From Myxococcales bacterium (GTDB taxonomy: Bacteria; Myxococcota_A; UBA9042), in NCBI GenBank assembly GCA_037441385.1, contig JBBISH010000006.1:45308-109307 (forward strand): DNA of 64,000 nucleotides, given 5' to 3'. How positions within the stretch are numbered: position 1 is the first letter of the stretch; each line of letters begins with the position of its first letter. The notes beneath the pieces are model-generated. The model made no database searches and was not told where the DNA came from. It was given only the letters and a program-made list of their open reading frames with translations. Below are positions 27,664 to 37,595 of the stretch, piece after piece. A program made the position numbers and the translations under genes.

Positions 27664-29454
27664 TCAAGGTCCGGAGTCGCACGGAGCGCGCCGCGGATCG
27701 CCCGGAAAGCGCACGACCACGTCGTAAGTCTGTGGGTCGGCGTCGCCCGGAATGCCTAGATCTCCGGCAAATCGGCCGTCGGTGTCGGTGGGCAAGACAC
27801 CCAGCAGGCGCCCCTGTTGCGGGTGGCCTGGGTCGATGAGCCAGACCTCGACGGCAAGCCGCTGCGCGCCCGCCTCGCTGACCAACTGACCGGCCAAATG
27901 CAGCGGTTCGCCCAGCCACGCCATCGCCGCCACGGGTTGCAGCGCGATCCGCGTGGCGCTTCGCCGATTGGTGTCGCTGGCTTGGCTGCGCGCCATCGCA
28001 GGCGGCACTCGCGGCGCGGCCAGCTCCTGTGCGCGTTGCTGCAGCCACAGTCGCCGGGCCGCGTCTTGATCTTGCGGGCGGCCCAGGCCGCTACCGTTGC
28101 TCGCGCCGGCCATCGTGCTGCTTTCGCCAGGTTCGGTACTCAACGTCCCGCCAGCCAGCCCCTCGGCGCCTTTGAGCTTGCGCGCGCCCGCCAAGGGCTG
28201 GGGCACGGCCACGCCATCGACTTTGACCTGTCCAGTCTGGCTGGTATACGCCTCTGGGCGGGGAAACGGGTCACCAAACTGCGGTTGGTGCAAGTGCTTT
28301 CCGGTCGCCGCGTGCAATTCCAGCGAGTCGGCACCGCCGCCCAAGTCCACGCGCAGCCAATGCCCGGCGCCGCTGGCCTCGGGAGCCCACACCTCGGCAA
28401 AGGCGTGGGCGTCGTTCATCACGTAGTGGGCCGGGATGCCTAGCGAGTGGCACAGCACCACAAAAGCCAACGTGCGGTGCCGACATACGCCCTTCTTGGC
28501 CAGCACGAGATCGGCCAGATCGTCGCCGCTGCTCGGCGGCGGTTCCCCGGGCTGGTAGCTGCGAAAGTACTCGACCAGGCGCGTCAATTGGCCGTCCCGC
28601 TCTTGCCCCGATCCCAAGCCGAGCGCAGGCCACAGCTTCTGGGCGCGCGCCTGCAACGCCGCTCCCAGCACTGGCTGTTCCGGGTCGTCGTCGCCACGCC
28701 AGCGCCCCAGCGGCGCGGCAAAATAGGTCGACGGCGCGTCCATCAAGAAGCGCAGGTCGACTTCGGCATCGGCTGGACCCGATACACTGTAATTGCCTGC
28801 ATCGTCTCGCGAAAACTCCAGCGCCTGCGGCGGCACCGCCTGCCACTGCAGGATGCGCGAAGTCGGCGCGACCGACGGCAACGCCACGCTCTGCCCGGCC
28901 AGCAGCTTCAGGCGCACATGCCCCCAGAACAGCTCGTGATCTGCGCGCGGCTTCTGCCCCGTCGGCAGCGGCTTCAACCCTTGGCCCGAGCGGTCCAGCG
29001 TCAAGTCGTCGCGCACCCGATCGAAGGAATGCTCGCGCTTGAACGGAGCTACCGTGGGGTCGAACACCACCTGGTAGTGCAGGTCCAGGTCGGCGCCCGT
29101 ACGGCGGTCCATCCCGACCCGCGGCGGCGGCCGCGGCTGGTAGGTCGGCACGCCTGGATCATCGGTTTTCGGCTTCTCGATGCGGCCTTGGGCGGTCAAG
29201 ATGGCGTCGGGCAGGTCGCTTGTGGCGCCGGGCGCGGCGGGACCCGGCTCGATCTGGTCGCTGCGCGGGGCCGAGGTCACGCCTTCGGGCAGCGGCTCGT
29301 GCAACACCGCCGCCAGCGGCGCGGCTTGGCTCCACAGAGCCCCCAGGGTCAGCGCGGCCATCCCGGCCAGCCCCACCGCTCCCACCGCGATCGCGATGTT
29401 TCTTGGAGTCTTCGTCGCCTGCCCCACGCCAGCGCTGGCCAGCTCGTCCAGCAT
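27664..29454 (-). CDS. Membrane-anchored transglutaminase-like domain protein
   Basis: N-terminal TM; putative Cys-His-Asp triad GVCRHR / HAFAEVW / RVDLGG; C-terminal Ig-like region. Confidence 0.8.
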   Translation of the reverse strand: MLDELASAGVGQATKTPRNIAIAVGAVGLAGMAALTLGALWSQAAPLAAVLHEPLPEGVTSAPRSDQIEPGPAAPGATSDLPDAILTAQGRIEKPKTDDPGVPTYQPRPPPRVGMDRRTGADLDLHYQVVFDPTVAPFKREHSFDRVRDDLTLDRSGQGLKPLPTGQKPRADHELFWGHVRLKLLAGQSVALPSVAPTSRILQWQAVPPQALEFSRDDAGNYSVSGPADAEVDLRFLMDAPSTYFAAPLGRWRGDDDPEQPVLGAALQARAQKLWPALGLGSGQERDGQLTRLVEYFRSYQPGEPPPSSGDDLADLVLAKKGVCRHRTLAFVVLCHSLGIPAHYVMNDAHAFAEVWAPEASGAGHWLRVDLGGGADSLELHAATGKHLHQPQFGDPFPRPEAYTSQTGQVKVDGVAVPQPLAGARKLKGAEGLAGGTLSTEPGESSTMAGASNGSGLGRPQDQDAARRLWLQQRAQELAAPRVPPAMARSQASDTNRRSATRIALQPVAAMAWLGEPLHLAGQLVSEAGAQRLAVEVWLIDPGHPQQGRLLGVLPTDTDGRFAGDLGIPGDADPQTYDVVVRFPGDPRRAPCDSGP

Positions 29455-29565
29455 GCCAATTCGACGCCCGCGCCGCCACTGCGGTCTGCGCCCACCGGCC
29501 GGTGGCCAAGAACTTCGGCGCCCGCTACGCTTGGTTCGCGGCCTTGCGCCGCTGTGGACTAGCCC

Positions 29566-30450
29566 GTGCCCTGGCTCCCGCTCACCGTTGCGCTTTTCGC
29601 CCTGCTCTGGGGCAGTTTGTGGGGCTCGTTCCTGAACGTGGTGGTGTATCGCCTGCCCGCCGGGCTGTCGGTGGTCCGGCCGCGGTCGCGCTGTGGCAGC
29701 TGCGGCACGCCGATCGCCGCTTGGCACAACATCCCAGTGGTATCGTGGCTGTGGCTGCGTGGCCGCTGCGCCGCGTGTCAGGCGCCGATCTCGCCGCGTT
29801 ATCCGGTCGTCGAGGCCACCGTGGCGGTGCTGTCGCTCGCCCTGGCCATGCCCTGGCTGCCGCTTCTGCTGGACCCGGCGGCGCTTTTGGACCCGGCGGG
29901 GCTGCCGTGGCGACCGGCGCTGGCCCTGCTGGGCGAGCAGGCGGTGGTGTTCACCTGGGTGGCGATCGCCCTCATCGACGCCGATACCTTCCTGATTCCC
30001 GATGTTTTGAGCCTGCCCTTGCCGCTGGTGGCGATCGCGCTGGCGGCTGCAACCGGCGACTTGCGCGGCGTGGACCTGCGCATGGCGGTGTTGGGTGCAG
30101 TCGTCGCCGGCTTGGGGTTGTGGTTGCTGATGTGGCTGTACGCGCGCATGACCGGTCGCGAGGGCCTGGGGTTCGGCGACGTCAAGCTGCTGGCCAGCAT
30201 TGGCGCCTTGCTGGGTCTGGCCTCCGTGCCGGTGGTGCTGCTGGCCGCAGCGCTGCAGGGGCTGGCTTTTGCATTGCTGTATGCGGTGTTGTCGCGCGGC
30301 AAGGCGACCGAGGAGCGCGGCCTGACCTCGCTGCGCCAACTGGCGATCCCCTTTGGCCCGTTCTTGGTGCTGGGGGCGGTGGAGTGGCTGCTGCTGCACC
30401 GCCTGGGCGCCGGCTTGATGGCCGCCCAGGGCTTGTGGTTGCCGTCCTGA
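29566..30450 (+). CDS. pilD: Prepilin peptidase/N-methyltransferase
   Basis: GSFLNVVVYRLP, SRCGSC, NIPVVSW..LRGRCAAC, RYPVVE, IDAD, GFGDVKL, IPFGPFL. Confidence 0.95.
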   Translation: MPWLPLTVALFALLWGSLWGSFLNVVVYRLPAGLSVVRPRSRCGSCGTPIAAWHNIPVVSWLWLRGRCAACQAPISPRYPVVEATVAVLSLALAMPWLPLLLDPAALLDPAGLPWRPALALLGEQAVVFTWVAIALIDADTFLIPDVLSLPLPLVAIALAAATGDLRGVDLRMAVLGAVVAGLGLWLLMWLYARMTGREGLGFGDVKLLASIGALLGLASVPVVLLAAALQGLAFALLYAVLSRGKATEERGLTSLRQLAIPFGPFLVLGAVEWLLLHRLGAGLMAAQGLWLPS

Positions 30451-30517
30451 AGGCTGCTGGTGGCGGCGTGGCAACGGCCAAAATCCACCACCAGAATTGG
30501 TTCCGGCCGTCGATTTG

Positions 30518-30684
30518 GGATGCAAATCAAGGCGCAAGGAGCGGAGCGACTGAGGCGACCTAAAGGTCGCCGCAGGGAGAAGGGCCCCAGCGGTCGCCCG
30601 AAGGGTGAACGGGTCGCCCCAGTGGGGCAACCCGTAGCTGGGACGACGCAGCAACGCCGAGTTGCGCCCAAAGCGGCGGGTCGG
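30518..30684 (+). repeat. 167-bp structured intergenic repeat (MITE/REP-like), copy 1
   Basis: 166/167 identical to the reverse complement of 42815-42981; nested hairpins. Confidence 0.9.
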
Positions 30685-30699
30685 CAAAGGCGCGTGCGA

Positions 30700-30728
30700 T
30701 TGACCGGGTAGGGCAACCCTGCTATAAC
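30700..30728 (+). promoter_or_regulatory. Sigma-70 promoter of yajC-secDF
   Basis: TTGACC-17 nt-TATAAC with extended TG. Confidence 0.65.
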
Positions 30729-30850
30729 TTTGCGGCTTCGCATCCCGGCTCTGGGTCGGCCTGCGAGCAAATGCCTTGCAATGGCGCACGGTTAGCTGCC
30801 GATTTCGCCCGCTCGCAAGTCCGCTTAGCGGAACCTAGGCCGAAGGGAAG

Positions 30851-31321
30851 ATGATGTTCGTACACATGCTGGGTACGGCCTTGAGCTCAGGGGTGATGCG
30901 GCTGGTAGCAGCCCACAACCTGTTGCTTGCACAGGCAGATCCCCTTGCGGCCGGTTCGGCGCCTTCCGCCTCGGCTGCCGCTGCGGCTCCGGCCGCCGCT
31001 GGATCGGCGAGCGCGGGTCCGGGCGGCGCTTCTGGATGGGTCACGTCGGCGATGATGCTGGGCATTTTCGCGGTGTTCTACTTCCTCGTGCTGCGGCCCC
31101 AGCAGAAGCGCGCCAGCCAGCACAAGACGTTCTTGGATGCCCTGCAGGTGGGCTCGTCGGTGATCACCACCGGCGGCATCTACGGCACCATCGTCGCCAT
31201 CGAAGATCAGATCGTCCGCGTCGAAGTGGCGCCGCGCACCGAGCTGCGCGTGCACAAGAGCCACATTGCGGGCAATTCGGCCGACGCGGCCAACGCCCTG
31301 GCTTCGGCCAATCAGCGCTAG
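30851..31321 (+). CDS. yajC: Preprotein translocase subunit YajC
   Basis: FYFLVLRPQQKR, VITTGGIYGTI; upstream of secD. Exact start uncertain. Confidence 0.92.
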   Translation: MMFVHMLGTALSSGVMRLVAAHNLLLAQADPLAAGSAPSASAAAAAPAAAGSASAGPGGASGWVTSAMMLGIFAVFYFLVLRPQQKRASQHKTFLDALQVGSSVITTGGIYGTIVAIEDQIVRVEVAPRTELRVHKSHIAGNSADAANALASANQR

Positions 31322-31379
31322 TACTACAAACCCGAATTCCACATCGGGTTGGGATAGTCCAATGGTTTGTAGTACTAGC
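31317..31379. repeat. Perfect 16-bp inverted repeat overlapping the yajC stop codon
   Basis: GCTAGTACTACAAACC (31317-31332) ... GGTTTGTAGTACTAGC (31364-31379). Confidence 0.85.
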
Positions 31380-31395
31380 CTCTTCAGCAACCAAA

Positions 31396-31425
31396 GGGGG
31401 CGTGCCGCCCCCTGCGACCCCCGCG
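31396..31425. repeat. 30-bp REP-like GC hairpin, copy 2
   Basis: GGGGGCGTGCCGCCCCCTGCGACCCCCGCG; matches 16989-17018. Confidence 0.8.
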
Positions 31426-31440
31426 TGCGGCAAACGCCGC

Positions 31441-31493
31441 TTAGTACACCAAGGGGTTGCATCTCGTTGCGAATCTACGATTTGGTGTACTAA
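31441..31493. repeat. Perfect 12-bp inverted repeat element
   Basis: TTAGTACACCAA (31441-31452) ... TTGGTGTACTAA (31482-31493). Confidence 0.85.
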
Positions 31494-31562
31494 CGCCCTA
31501 CTCTGTATCGCTTTCTGCCGTCGCGCGACGGCCCGCCGCATCGGCGTTTCCTGGAGTCCCTG

Positions 31563-33401
31563 ATGGAGAACAAGCGCAACTGGAAGGCCTACTGGGTTTT
31601 TGGCCTCCTCGCCGTCGCGATTCTGCAACTTCTGCCGACGTTTGCGCGCTACAAAGACGCCGACGGCACCGAGAAGTCGTACCTGCCTGCCGCCTACACC
31701 GCGATCTTTGACCGTACGCTCAGCTACGGCCTGGACCTGAAGGGCGGCTTGGAGTTGCGCTACACCGTCGACTACAAGAAAGCGATCTCGGACAACACCG
31801 GACGCCTGCTCGACACGTTGCAGGACCGCCTGGGCGACGGCTATGCCAAGAGCCAGAAGAAAGACTGGGCCACGCTGGGCGAGACCGAGAAGAAGGCGAT
31901 CCTGGACCGCTTCGAACTCAAGCGCGAGCGCTTCAACAAGATCGTCGTCAAGTTCAAGAGCCCCGGCGACAAGGCGCTGCTCGACAGCGACATGGTCAAC
32001 ACGGTCGATCGCGAGTTCCGCCTGGCCTCGGAAGGCGCCGACAGCGTCTCGCTGACCATGCCCGACAAGCACATCTTGGAACTGAAGGACAAGATCGTCT
32101 CGCAGACGCTGGATGTGATCCGCAAGCGCGTCGACGCCTTTGGTCTGGTCGAGCCCGATGTGCGCTCGTCGGGCGACGCCGACATCGACCTGCAGCTGCC
32201 GGGTCTGACCGGTCCGCAGATGGCTCGCATCCGCGAGCGCATTGGCCAGGCCGCCCAGTTGACGTTCCGTATGGTCAAGCCCGACGCCAAGGTCTTTGAC
32301 GACAAAGCGGCCGCAGTCGACGAGTGGAAGAAGGGCCACGCCGAAGAAGCCAAGTCCCTGACGCTGGTGCCCGACGGTCGCGGCGCCTACCTCAAGGCCG
32401 ACCACAAGTCCGAGATCCTGCGCTTCGTCAAGGACCTGCCCCTGCCGCAGGGCGTGATGATCGGCTACGAGCTGGTCGAGAACCGCGAGATGAATGGCAA
32501 GGTCGGCTCCAGCTTCTGGCGCACCCACGCCGTGGAAGACCGCGCCGAGCTGAGCGGCGACAACCTGACCCGCGCCAACATCGGCTACGCCCAGCAGGGC
32601 CGCCAAGAGCCGGTGGTGCATCTGGAATTCAACGCCCGCGGCGCCTCGATCCTGGGCGAAGTGTCCGAGAAGAACGTGGGCAACCAGATGGCGATCATGC
32701 TCGACGACGACGTCGCGTCGGCCCCACAGATCAAAGAGAAGCTGGGCGCCCGCGTGCAAATCACCTTGGGCCGCGGCACGGGCGCGCAGCAGATGATGGA
32801 AGAGGCCAAGGCCCTGGTCACCGTGCTGAACAACGGCGCCTACAAGGCCCCGGTCATCAAGGTCCACGACATCGAAGTCGGCCCCTCGCTGGGTGCGGAC
32901 GCGGTCAAGGGCGGCCTGATTTCGATGGTGGTCGGCGTGGTGCTGGTGATCTCGTTCATGGTGATCTACTACCGCCAGGGCGGCATGATCGCCAACGCGG
33001 CGCTGCTCCTGAACCTGATCCTGCAGCTGGCCTGCCTGGTGTGGTTCAACGCGGCGCTCACGCTGCCGGGCATGGCGGGCCTGACCCTGACCACCGCCAT
33101 GGCCGTGGACGCGAACATCCTGATCTTCGAGCGCATTCGTGAAGAGTTGCGCGCCGGACGCGGGGTGCGCAATGCCCTGGACCTGGGCTATGGCCGCGCG
33201 TTCTGGACCATCTTCGACTCGCACATCACCGCCGGCATGGCGGGCGGCGTGCTGATGGTCTACAGCTCGGGCCCGATCTACGGCTTTGCGGTGACCCTGC
33301 TGATCGGCATCGGCACGTCGATGTTCACGTCGATCGTCGCCACCCGCCTGGTCTACGACTGGATGATTCAAAAGGGCAACATCGAACAGCTTTCGGTCTA
33401 G
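31563..33401 (+). CDS. secD: Protein translocase subunit SecD
   Basis: GLDLKGG, RKRVDAFGLVEP, VGPSLG, LTLPGMAG, AVDANILIFERIREE, GFAVTL. Confidence 0.96.
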   Translation: MENKRNWKAYWVFGLLAVAILQLLPTFARYKDADGTEKSYLPAAYTAIFDRTLSYGLDLKGGLELRYTVDYKKAISDNTGRLLDTLQDRLGDGYAKSQKKDWATLGETEKKAILDRFELKRERFNKIVVKFKSPGDKALLDSDMVNTVDREFRLASEGADSVSLTMPDKHILELKDKIVSQTLDVIRKRVDAFGLVEPDVRSSGDADIDLQLPGLTGPQMARIRERIGQAAQLTFRMVKPDAKVFDDKAAAVDEWKKGHAEEAKSLTLVPDGRGAYLKADHKSEILRFVKDLPLPQGVMIGYELVENREMNGKVGSSFWRTHAVEDRAELSGDNLTRANIGYAQQGRQEPVVHLEFNARGASILGEVSEKNVGNQMAIMLDDDVASAPQIKEKLGARVQITLGRGTGAQQMMEEAKALVTVLNNGAYKAPVIKVHDIEVGPSLGADAVKGGLISMVVGVVLVISFMVIYYRQGGMIANAALLLNLILQLACLVWFNAALTLPGMAGLTLTTAMAVDANILIFERIREELRAGRGVRNALDLGYGRAFWTIFDSHITAGMAGGVLMVYSSGPIYGFAVTLLIGIGTSMFTSIVATRLVYDWMIQKGNIEQLSV

Positions 33402-33480
33402 CGGCGTCTGCCAAGGCCACCGACTCGAGACGTGCCCGGCCTGCGCCAGCGGCCCCATCCGAAGGGAATGCGAGAACGAA

Positions 33481-34851
33481 ATGAGCAACGACCACAAGCA
33501 CTTTAACTTGTTCAATCCCGACGCCAACTACGACTTCGTCGGTCGGCGGCGCCTGTACTACGCGCTGACCAGCGTCGGCATCGTCGCGTCGATCATCGCG
33601 TTGGCCACGGTCGGCTTCAACAAGGGCATCGACTTCAAGGGCGGCACCAAGCTGATCGTCGCCTTTGACGAAAAGACCCCGGTCGATCGCCACGAACTGC
33701 ACGACGTGGTGACCAAGGTGCTGCAGGAAGCTACCAAGAAGCAAGACGTCGGCCAGGTCGAAGTCCAGGACTTCTCGATGGGCGCTGGCGCCGCTGCGCA
33801 GAAGAACTTCTCGGTCATCACCGAAAAGACCTCGCTGGTCACCGACGTGAGCCGCAAGGACATCGACACCAAGCTGAACGCGCAGTTCCCCGGCGCCGAG
33901 ATCCAGTGGGCGACCGAAGGCGAAGACCGCGTGTTCATTGGCCTCAAGGCGCCCGCGCCGGTCGAGAAGACCTACGGCGACCTGCAAAAGATCTTTGCCG
34001 ACAGCGGCTTCCCCAAGGTGGCCACCGGCTCGGACGAAGAGAGCAAGCTGGACGTCGAGCTGTTCCGCAACCTGCAGATGATGGCGAGCGAAGGCAAGAA
34101 GCAGGATCAGGTCAACGCCGAAGAGCAGAAGCTGCGCGCCGCCAAGACCCAGGCTCTGCAAAGCCGCAGCGATCAGCACTACACGGTGGTCGTGGAAGAA
34201 TTCCGCGGCAAGCTCGAGACCGGCATCTCGGGCAAGTACGGCAAGGCCTTCATCGGCGTCGTCTCGTCGACCTCGGTGTCGTCGTCGGTCGCCGGCGACA
34301 TGCTGAGCCAGGGCCTAGTGGCGATCCTGTACGCCATCCTGGGTATCGTGCTCTACATCATCTTGCGCTTCGACATCCGCTACGCCCCCGGCGCGCTGAT
34401 CGCCACCGTCCACGACGTGGTGCTGGTCATCGGCGCCTTCTCGGTGGCGCAGGTCAAGTTCTCGATGCCCGTCGTGGCGGCGGTGCTGACGGTGGCCGGC
34501 TACTCGCTGACCGATACGATCGTGGTGTTCGACCGAATTCGCGAGAATCAAGAAAAGCACCCCGGCGTGGAGATCGGCGTGCTGATCAACAGCGCGGTCA
34601 ACACCACCATGAGCCGTACCGTGCTGACCTCGCTGACCACCCTGATGACCTCGCTGTCGATCTTCTTCTTTGGCGGCGGTCTGATCCGCGACTTCGCCTT
34701 CGCCATGGTCATCGGCGTCATCGTCGGCACGTTCTCGTCGATCTTCGTCGCCAGCCCGGTGTTCATGTGGCTGCACGAGCGCTTCGAAGCCCGCAAGGCG
34801 GCCGGCAAGGTCCACACGCGCCACATTCCCGAAGAAGCGGCCGTCGGCTAA
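33481..34851 (+). CDS. secF: Protein translocase subunit SecF
   Basis: GIDFKGG, HDV, GYSLTDTIVVFDRIRE, TMSRTVLTS, GTFSSIFVA. Confidence 0.96.
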   Translation: MSNDHKHFNLFNPDANYDFVGRRRLYYALTSVGIVASIIALATVGFNKGIDFKGGTKLIVAFDEKTPVDRHELHDVVTKVLQEATKKQDVGQVEVQDFSMGAGAAAQKNFSVITEKTSLVTDVSRKDIDTKLNAQFPGAEIQWATEGEDRVFIGLKAPAPVEKTYGDLQKIFADSGFPKVATGSDEESKLDVELFRNLQMMASEGKKQDQVNAEEQKLRAAKTQALQSRSDQHYTVVVEEFRGKLETGISGKYGKAFIGVVSSTSVSSSVAGDMLSQGLVAILYAILGIVLYIILRFDIRYAPGALIATVHDVVLVIGAFSVAQVKFSMPVVAAVLTVAGYSLTDTIVVFDRIRENQEKHPGVEIGVLINSAVNTTMSRTVLTSLTTLMTSLSIFFFGGGLIRDFAFAMVIGVIVGTFSSIFVASPVFMWLHERFEARKAAGKVHTRHIPEEAAVG

Positions 34852-34869
34852 GCCCGCTATTTCCTGCCC

Positions 34870-36630
34870 ATGACCGCGAGCCCCACGCCTCTGCGTCAGC
34901 CGCCCGTGTGGCAGGTGCTGACCGCGGATCCGCAGGCCGTGGCGCGCTTGACGACCGCGGGCATCGACCCGTTGGTGGCGCAGCTCCTGGTCCAGCGCGA
35001 CATCGTCGAACCCCAGGTGGCTCAGGCATTTCTGGCCCCGGCCCTGCGCGATTTGCCCGACCCGTACCTGATGGCCGACGCCCAGCGCGCCGCCGAGTTG
35101 ATCGCCCAGGCGATGCAGCAGCGGCAGAAGATCTGCGTGTACGGTGACTACGACGTCGATGGCGTGACCGCGGCGGCCTTGCTGCACGATGTGTTTGGCA
35201 AACTGGACTATCCAGTCCAGATCTTCTTGCCCGACCGGATGCGCGACGGCTACGGACTGCACGGCGAGCGTCTGGGCGAGTTGGTGGCGCAAGGGGTGCA
35301 GCTGTTCATCGCGGTGGACTGCGGCTCGACGGCGCTGGCCGAGATCGCGCAAGCCCGTGCAGCTGGTTGCGAATTCGTGGTGGTCGATCACCACACGCTG
35401 GGGCCATCTTGGCCCAACGCCAGCGCGCTGCTGAATCCCAAGCGCCAAGATTGTACGTATCCCGACAAGCACTTGTCGGCTGTGGGCGTGGCCCTGGTCT
35501 TGGCGCAGGCGCTGCGGCGCACGCTGGCGGGGCGGCAGTGGTCGGGCGCGGCGGCGCTGGACATGGGCGATCTGGTCGAATTGGCGGCCCTGGGCACCAT
35601 CGCCGATGTGGTCGAGCTTCGCCAGGTCAATCGGACGCTTGCCTGGCACGGTCTGCGCCGTCTGGGCAAGACCGGGCGATTGGGTCTGCGGGCGCTGGCC
35701 AAGAAGCTGCCGCTCGACGGGGTCGATGCCCAGCGGGTTGGCTTTCACCTGGGGCCCAAGATCAACGCCGCCGGTCGCATCGCCGACGCGCGCACGGCCT
35801 TTGAACTGCTGACCGAGAGTGACGCCGCCCGTGCCGAAGATCTGGCCATGCGTCTGGATTTGCACAACAACCATCGCCAGGACCTGACCGCGGTGGCCTT
35901 GGAGCAGGCGCTGGCGCAGGCCCACAGCCACGCCACTTCGGCCGATTGCGTGGTGGTGGCCGGCCAGGGCTGGCACCCCGGCGTGGTCGGCATCGTGGCT
36001 GGGCGGCTGCGCGAGCAGTTTGGGGTGCCCGCGTTCGCCTTGGCCGTGGACGAGGACGGGCTGGCGCGCGGCTCGGGTCGCTCGATCGCCGGCCTGGACT
36101 TGGTGGCGGCGCTGCAGGCGCTGGACCGCGACCAACCCGAGCTACTCCAACGCTTTGGCGGGCACGCCTTTGCCGCTGGGGTCACGCTGGCCAGCCAGCA
36201 GATCGAGCCCCTTCGGCAGGCGCTGGCCGAGCACGTGGCCCGCGTGTTGCCGCCCAGCGAGCGGGCCGAGGTCTTTCGCATCGACGCCGAACTGGCCGTT
36301 GAGCAAGCCAACCTGACGACACTGCAGCAGATCGAGCAGTTGGAGCCCTTTGGCAAGGGCAATCCGGCGCCGCTCTTCCTGCTGCGCGGCGTTGAGGTTC
36401 AAGGCGCGCAAGTAGTGGGAAAGACGCGCGGTTACCAGCGGGCTAAGCTGCACAGTCCCGGCAAGCAGCCCGCCTGGGCGCGGCCTTCGGTGGCAGCGTT
36501 TGCGGGTGTCGACGCCTGGGCCGGCGCGAAGTCGGGCGATCACGTCGACGCCGTGATCAAGTTGCAGCGCAATCACTTCCAGGGCACCACCACGGTCCAG
36601 GCCGACGTTTTGGCCGTGCGCCCGGCCTGA
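34870..36630 (+). CDS. recJ: Single-stranded-DNA exonuclease RecJ
   Basis: YGDYDVDG, PDRMRDGYG, VDCG, DHH, GTIADV, NAAGR, RGSGRS, GGHAFAAG, PFGKGNP. Confidence 0.96.
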   Translation: MTASPTPLRQPPVWQVLTADPQAVARLTTAGIDPLVAQLLVQRDIVEPQVAQAFLAPALRDLPDPYLMADAQRAAELIAQAMQQRQKICVYGDYDVDGVTAAALLHDVFGKLDYPVQIFLPDRMRDGYGLHGERLGELVAQGVQLFIAVDCGSTALAEIAQARAAGCEFVVVDHHTLGPSWPNASALLNPKRQDCTYPDKHLSAVGVALVLAQALRRTLAGRQWSGAAALDMGDLVELAALGTIADVVELRQVNRTLAWHGLRRLGKTGRLGLRALAKKLPLDGVDAQRVGFHLGPKINAAGRIADARTAFELLTESDAARAEDLAMRLDLHNNHRQDLTAVALEQALAQAHSHATSADCVVVAGQGWHPGVVGIVAGRLREQFGVPAFALAVDEDGLARGSGRSIAGLDLVAALQALDRDQPELLQRFGGHAFAAGVTLASQQIEPLRQALAEHVARVLPPSERAEVFRIDAELAVEQANLTTLQQIEQLEPFGKGNPAPLFLLRGVEVQGAQVVGKTRGYQRAKLHSPGKQPAWARPSVAAFAGVDAWAGAKSGDHVDAVIKLQRNHFQGTTTVQADVLAVRPA

Positions 36631-36858
36631 TCCGGCAAACCCATCCACCGTCGAACCCCGGCACACGTCCTGGCCCCTACCTTGGCGTTGTCCGGAGGCC
36701 CTTGGATTCGCGATCTGTCTTGCGATAAAAGAGTCTGCAGAAAAAACCAACAATATCGGATTTTCATGACGATCAACGGATATATTCATCTTGCGATCGT
36801 TGGGCACGCAGGCTACGCTCTTGCACCAGCGACATTGCCGTTGCATCGCGAGGTCACC

Positions 36859-37497
36859 ATGCGTTCATTTGCTCCTTTTACCCGTGTTGTTGCTCCCTTG
36901 GCCCTGGCCACGGCGGTCCTGTTGGCGTCCGCCTGTGCCAAACAGGCCGAAGCGCCCGCCCCTGCGCCTGCCCCTGCACCTGCACCTGCCGGTGAACCGG
37001 CCCCTGCGGCTCCCGCCGCCAAGGTGGAAGCCAAGCCGGCCGAACCGGCGGCTCCGGCCGCCCCCAAGGCCGACAGCGAGAAGACCGTGGTCGACGTCGC
37101 GCTGGGCTCCAAGGACCACACCACGCTGGTGGCCGCCGTCAAAGCCGCCGACCTGGTGGTCAGTCTGTCCAGCCCCGGCGGCGCCTACACCGTGTTCGCC
37201 CCCACCAACGCCGCCTTCGAGAAACTGCCCAAGGGCACGGTCGAAGAGCTGCTCAAGCCCGAAAAGAAAGCCGATCTGGCTGCGGTTCTGAAGCACCACG
37301 CCACCGTGCCGATCCTGAAGCTCGCTGACTTGAAGGACGGCCAGGTGATCCCCATGTCGGACGGCCAGAAGGTCACCGTGCACATCCAGGGCGACAAAGT
37401 GATGGTCGAGAACGCCACCATCCTCGCCTCGGTGCCCGCCATGAACGGTGTCGTCCACGTGGTGGACACCGTGCTGCTGCCGGCCGCGCCCAAGTAG
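36859..37497 (+). CDS. Fasciclin (FAS1) domain lipoprotein
   Basis: Lipobox ASAC, Pro/Ala linker, TTLVAAV, YTVFAPTNAAF, NGVVHVVDTVL. Confidence 0.92.
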   Translation: MRSFAPFTRVVAPLALATAVLLASACAKQAEAPAPAPAPAPAPAGEPAPAAPAAKVEAKPAEPAAPAAPKADSEKTVVDVALGSKDHTTLVAAVKAADLVVSLSSPGGAYTVFAPTNAAFEKLPKGTVEELLKPEKKADLAAVLKHHATVPILKLADLKDGQVIPMSDGQKVTVHIQGDKVMVENATILASVPAMNGVVHVVDTVLLPAAPK

Positions 37498-37566
37498 GCT
37501 GCCTGCGCCACGGCGAGGAATTCGGCCGCTCCAGTGCACTTCTGACCCAGTTTGCCGTCATTTGGT

Positions 37567-37595
37567 TTGACGGGCGCTCGGGGCGACGCTACCCT
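37567..37595 (+). promoter_or_regulatory. Putative sigma-70 promoter
   Basis: TTGACG-17 nt-TACCCT. Confidence 0.35.

Noticed and set aside
22743..30450. Type IV pilus or type II secretion gene cluster
   Set aside because: Only an isolated ATPase and pilD are present, separated by housekeeping genes; no pilins, platform protein or secretin in the window.
29455..30789. 1041-aa version of the transglutaminase ORF
   Set aside because: The extension is antisense to pilD and runs through the repeat; the plausible start is 29454.
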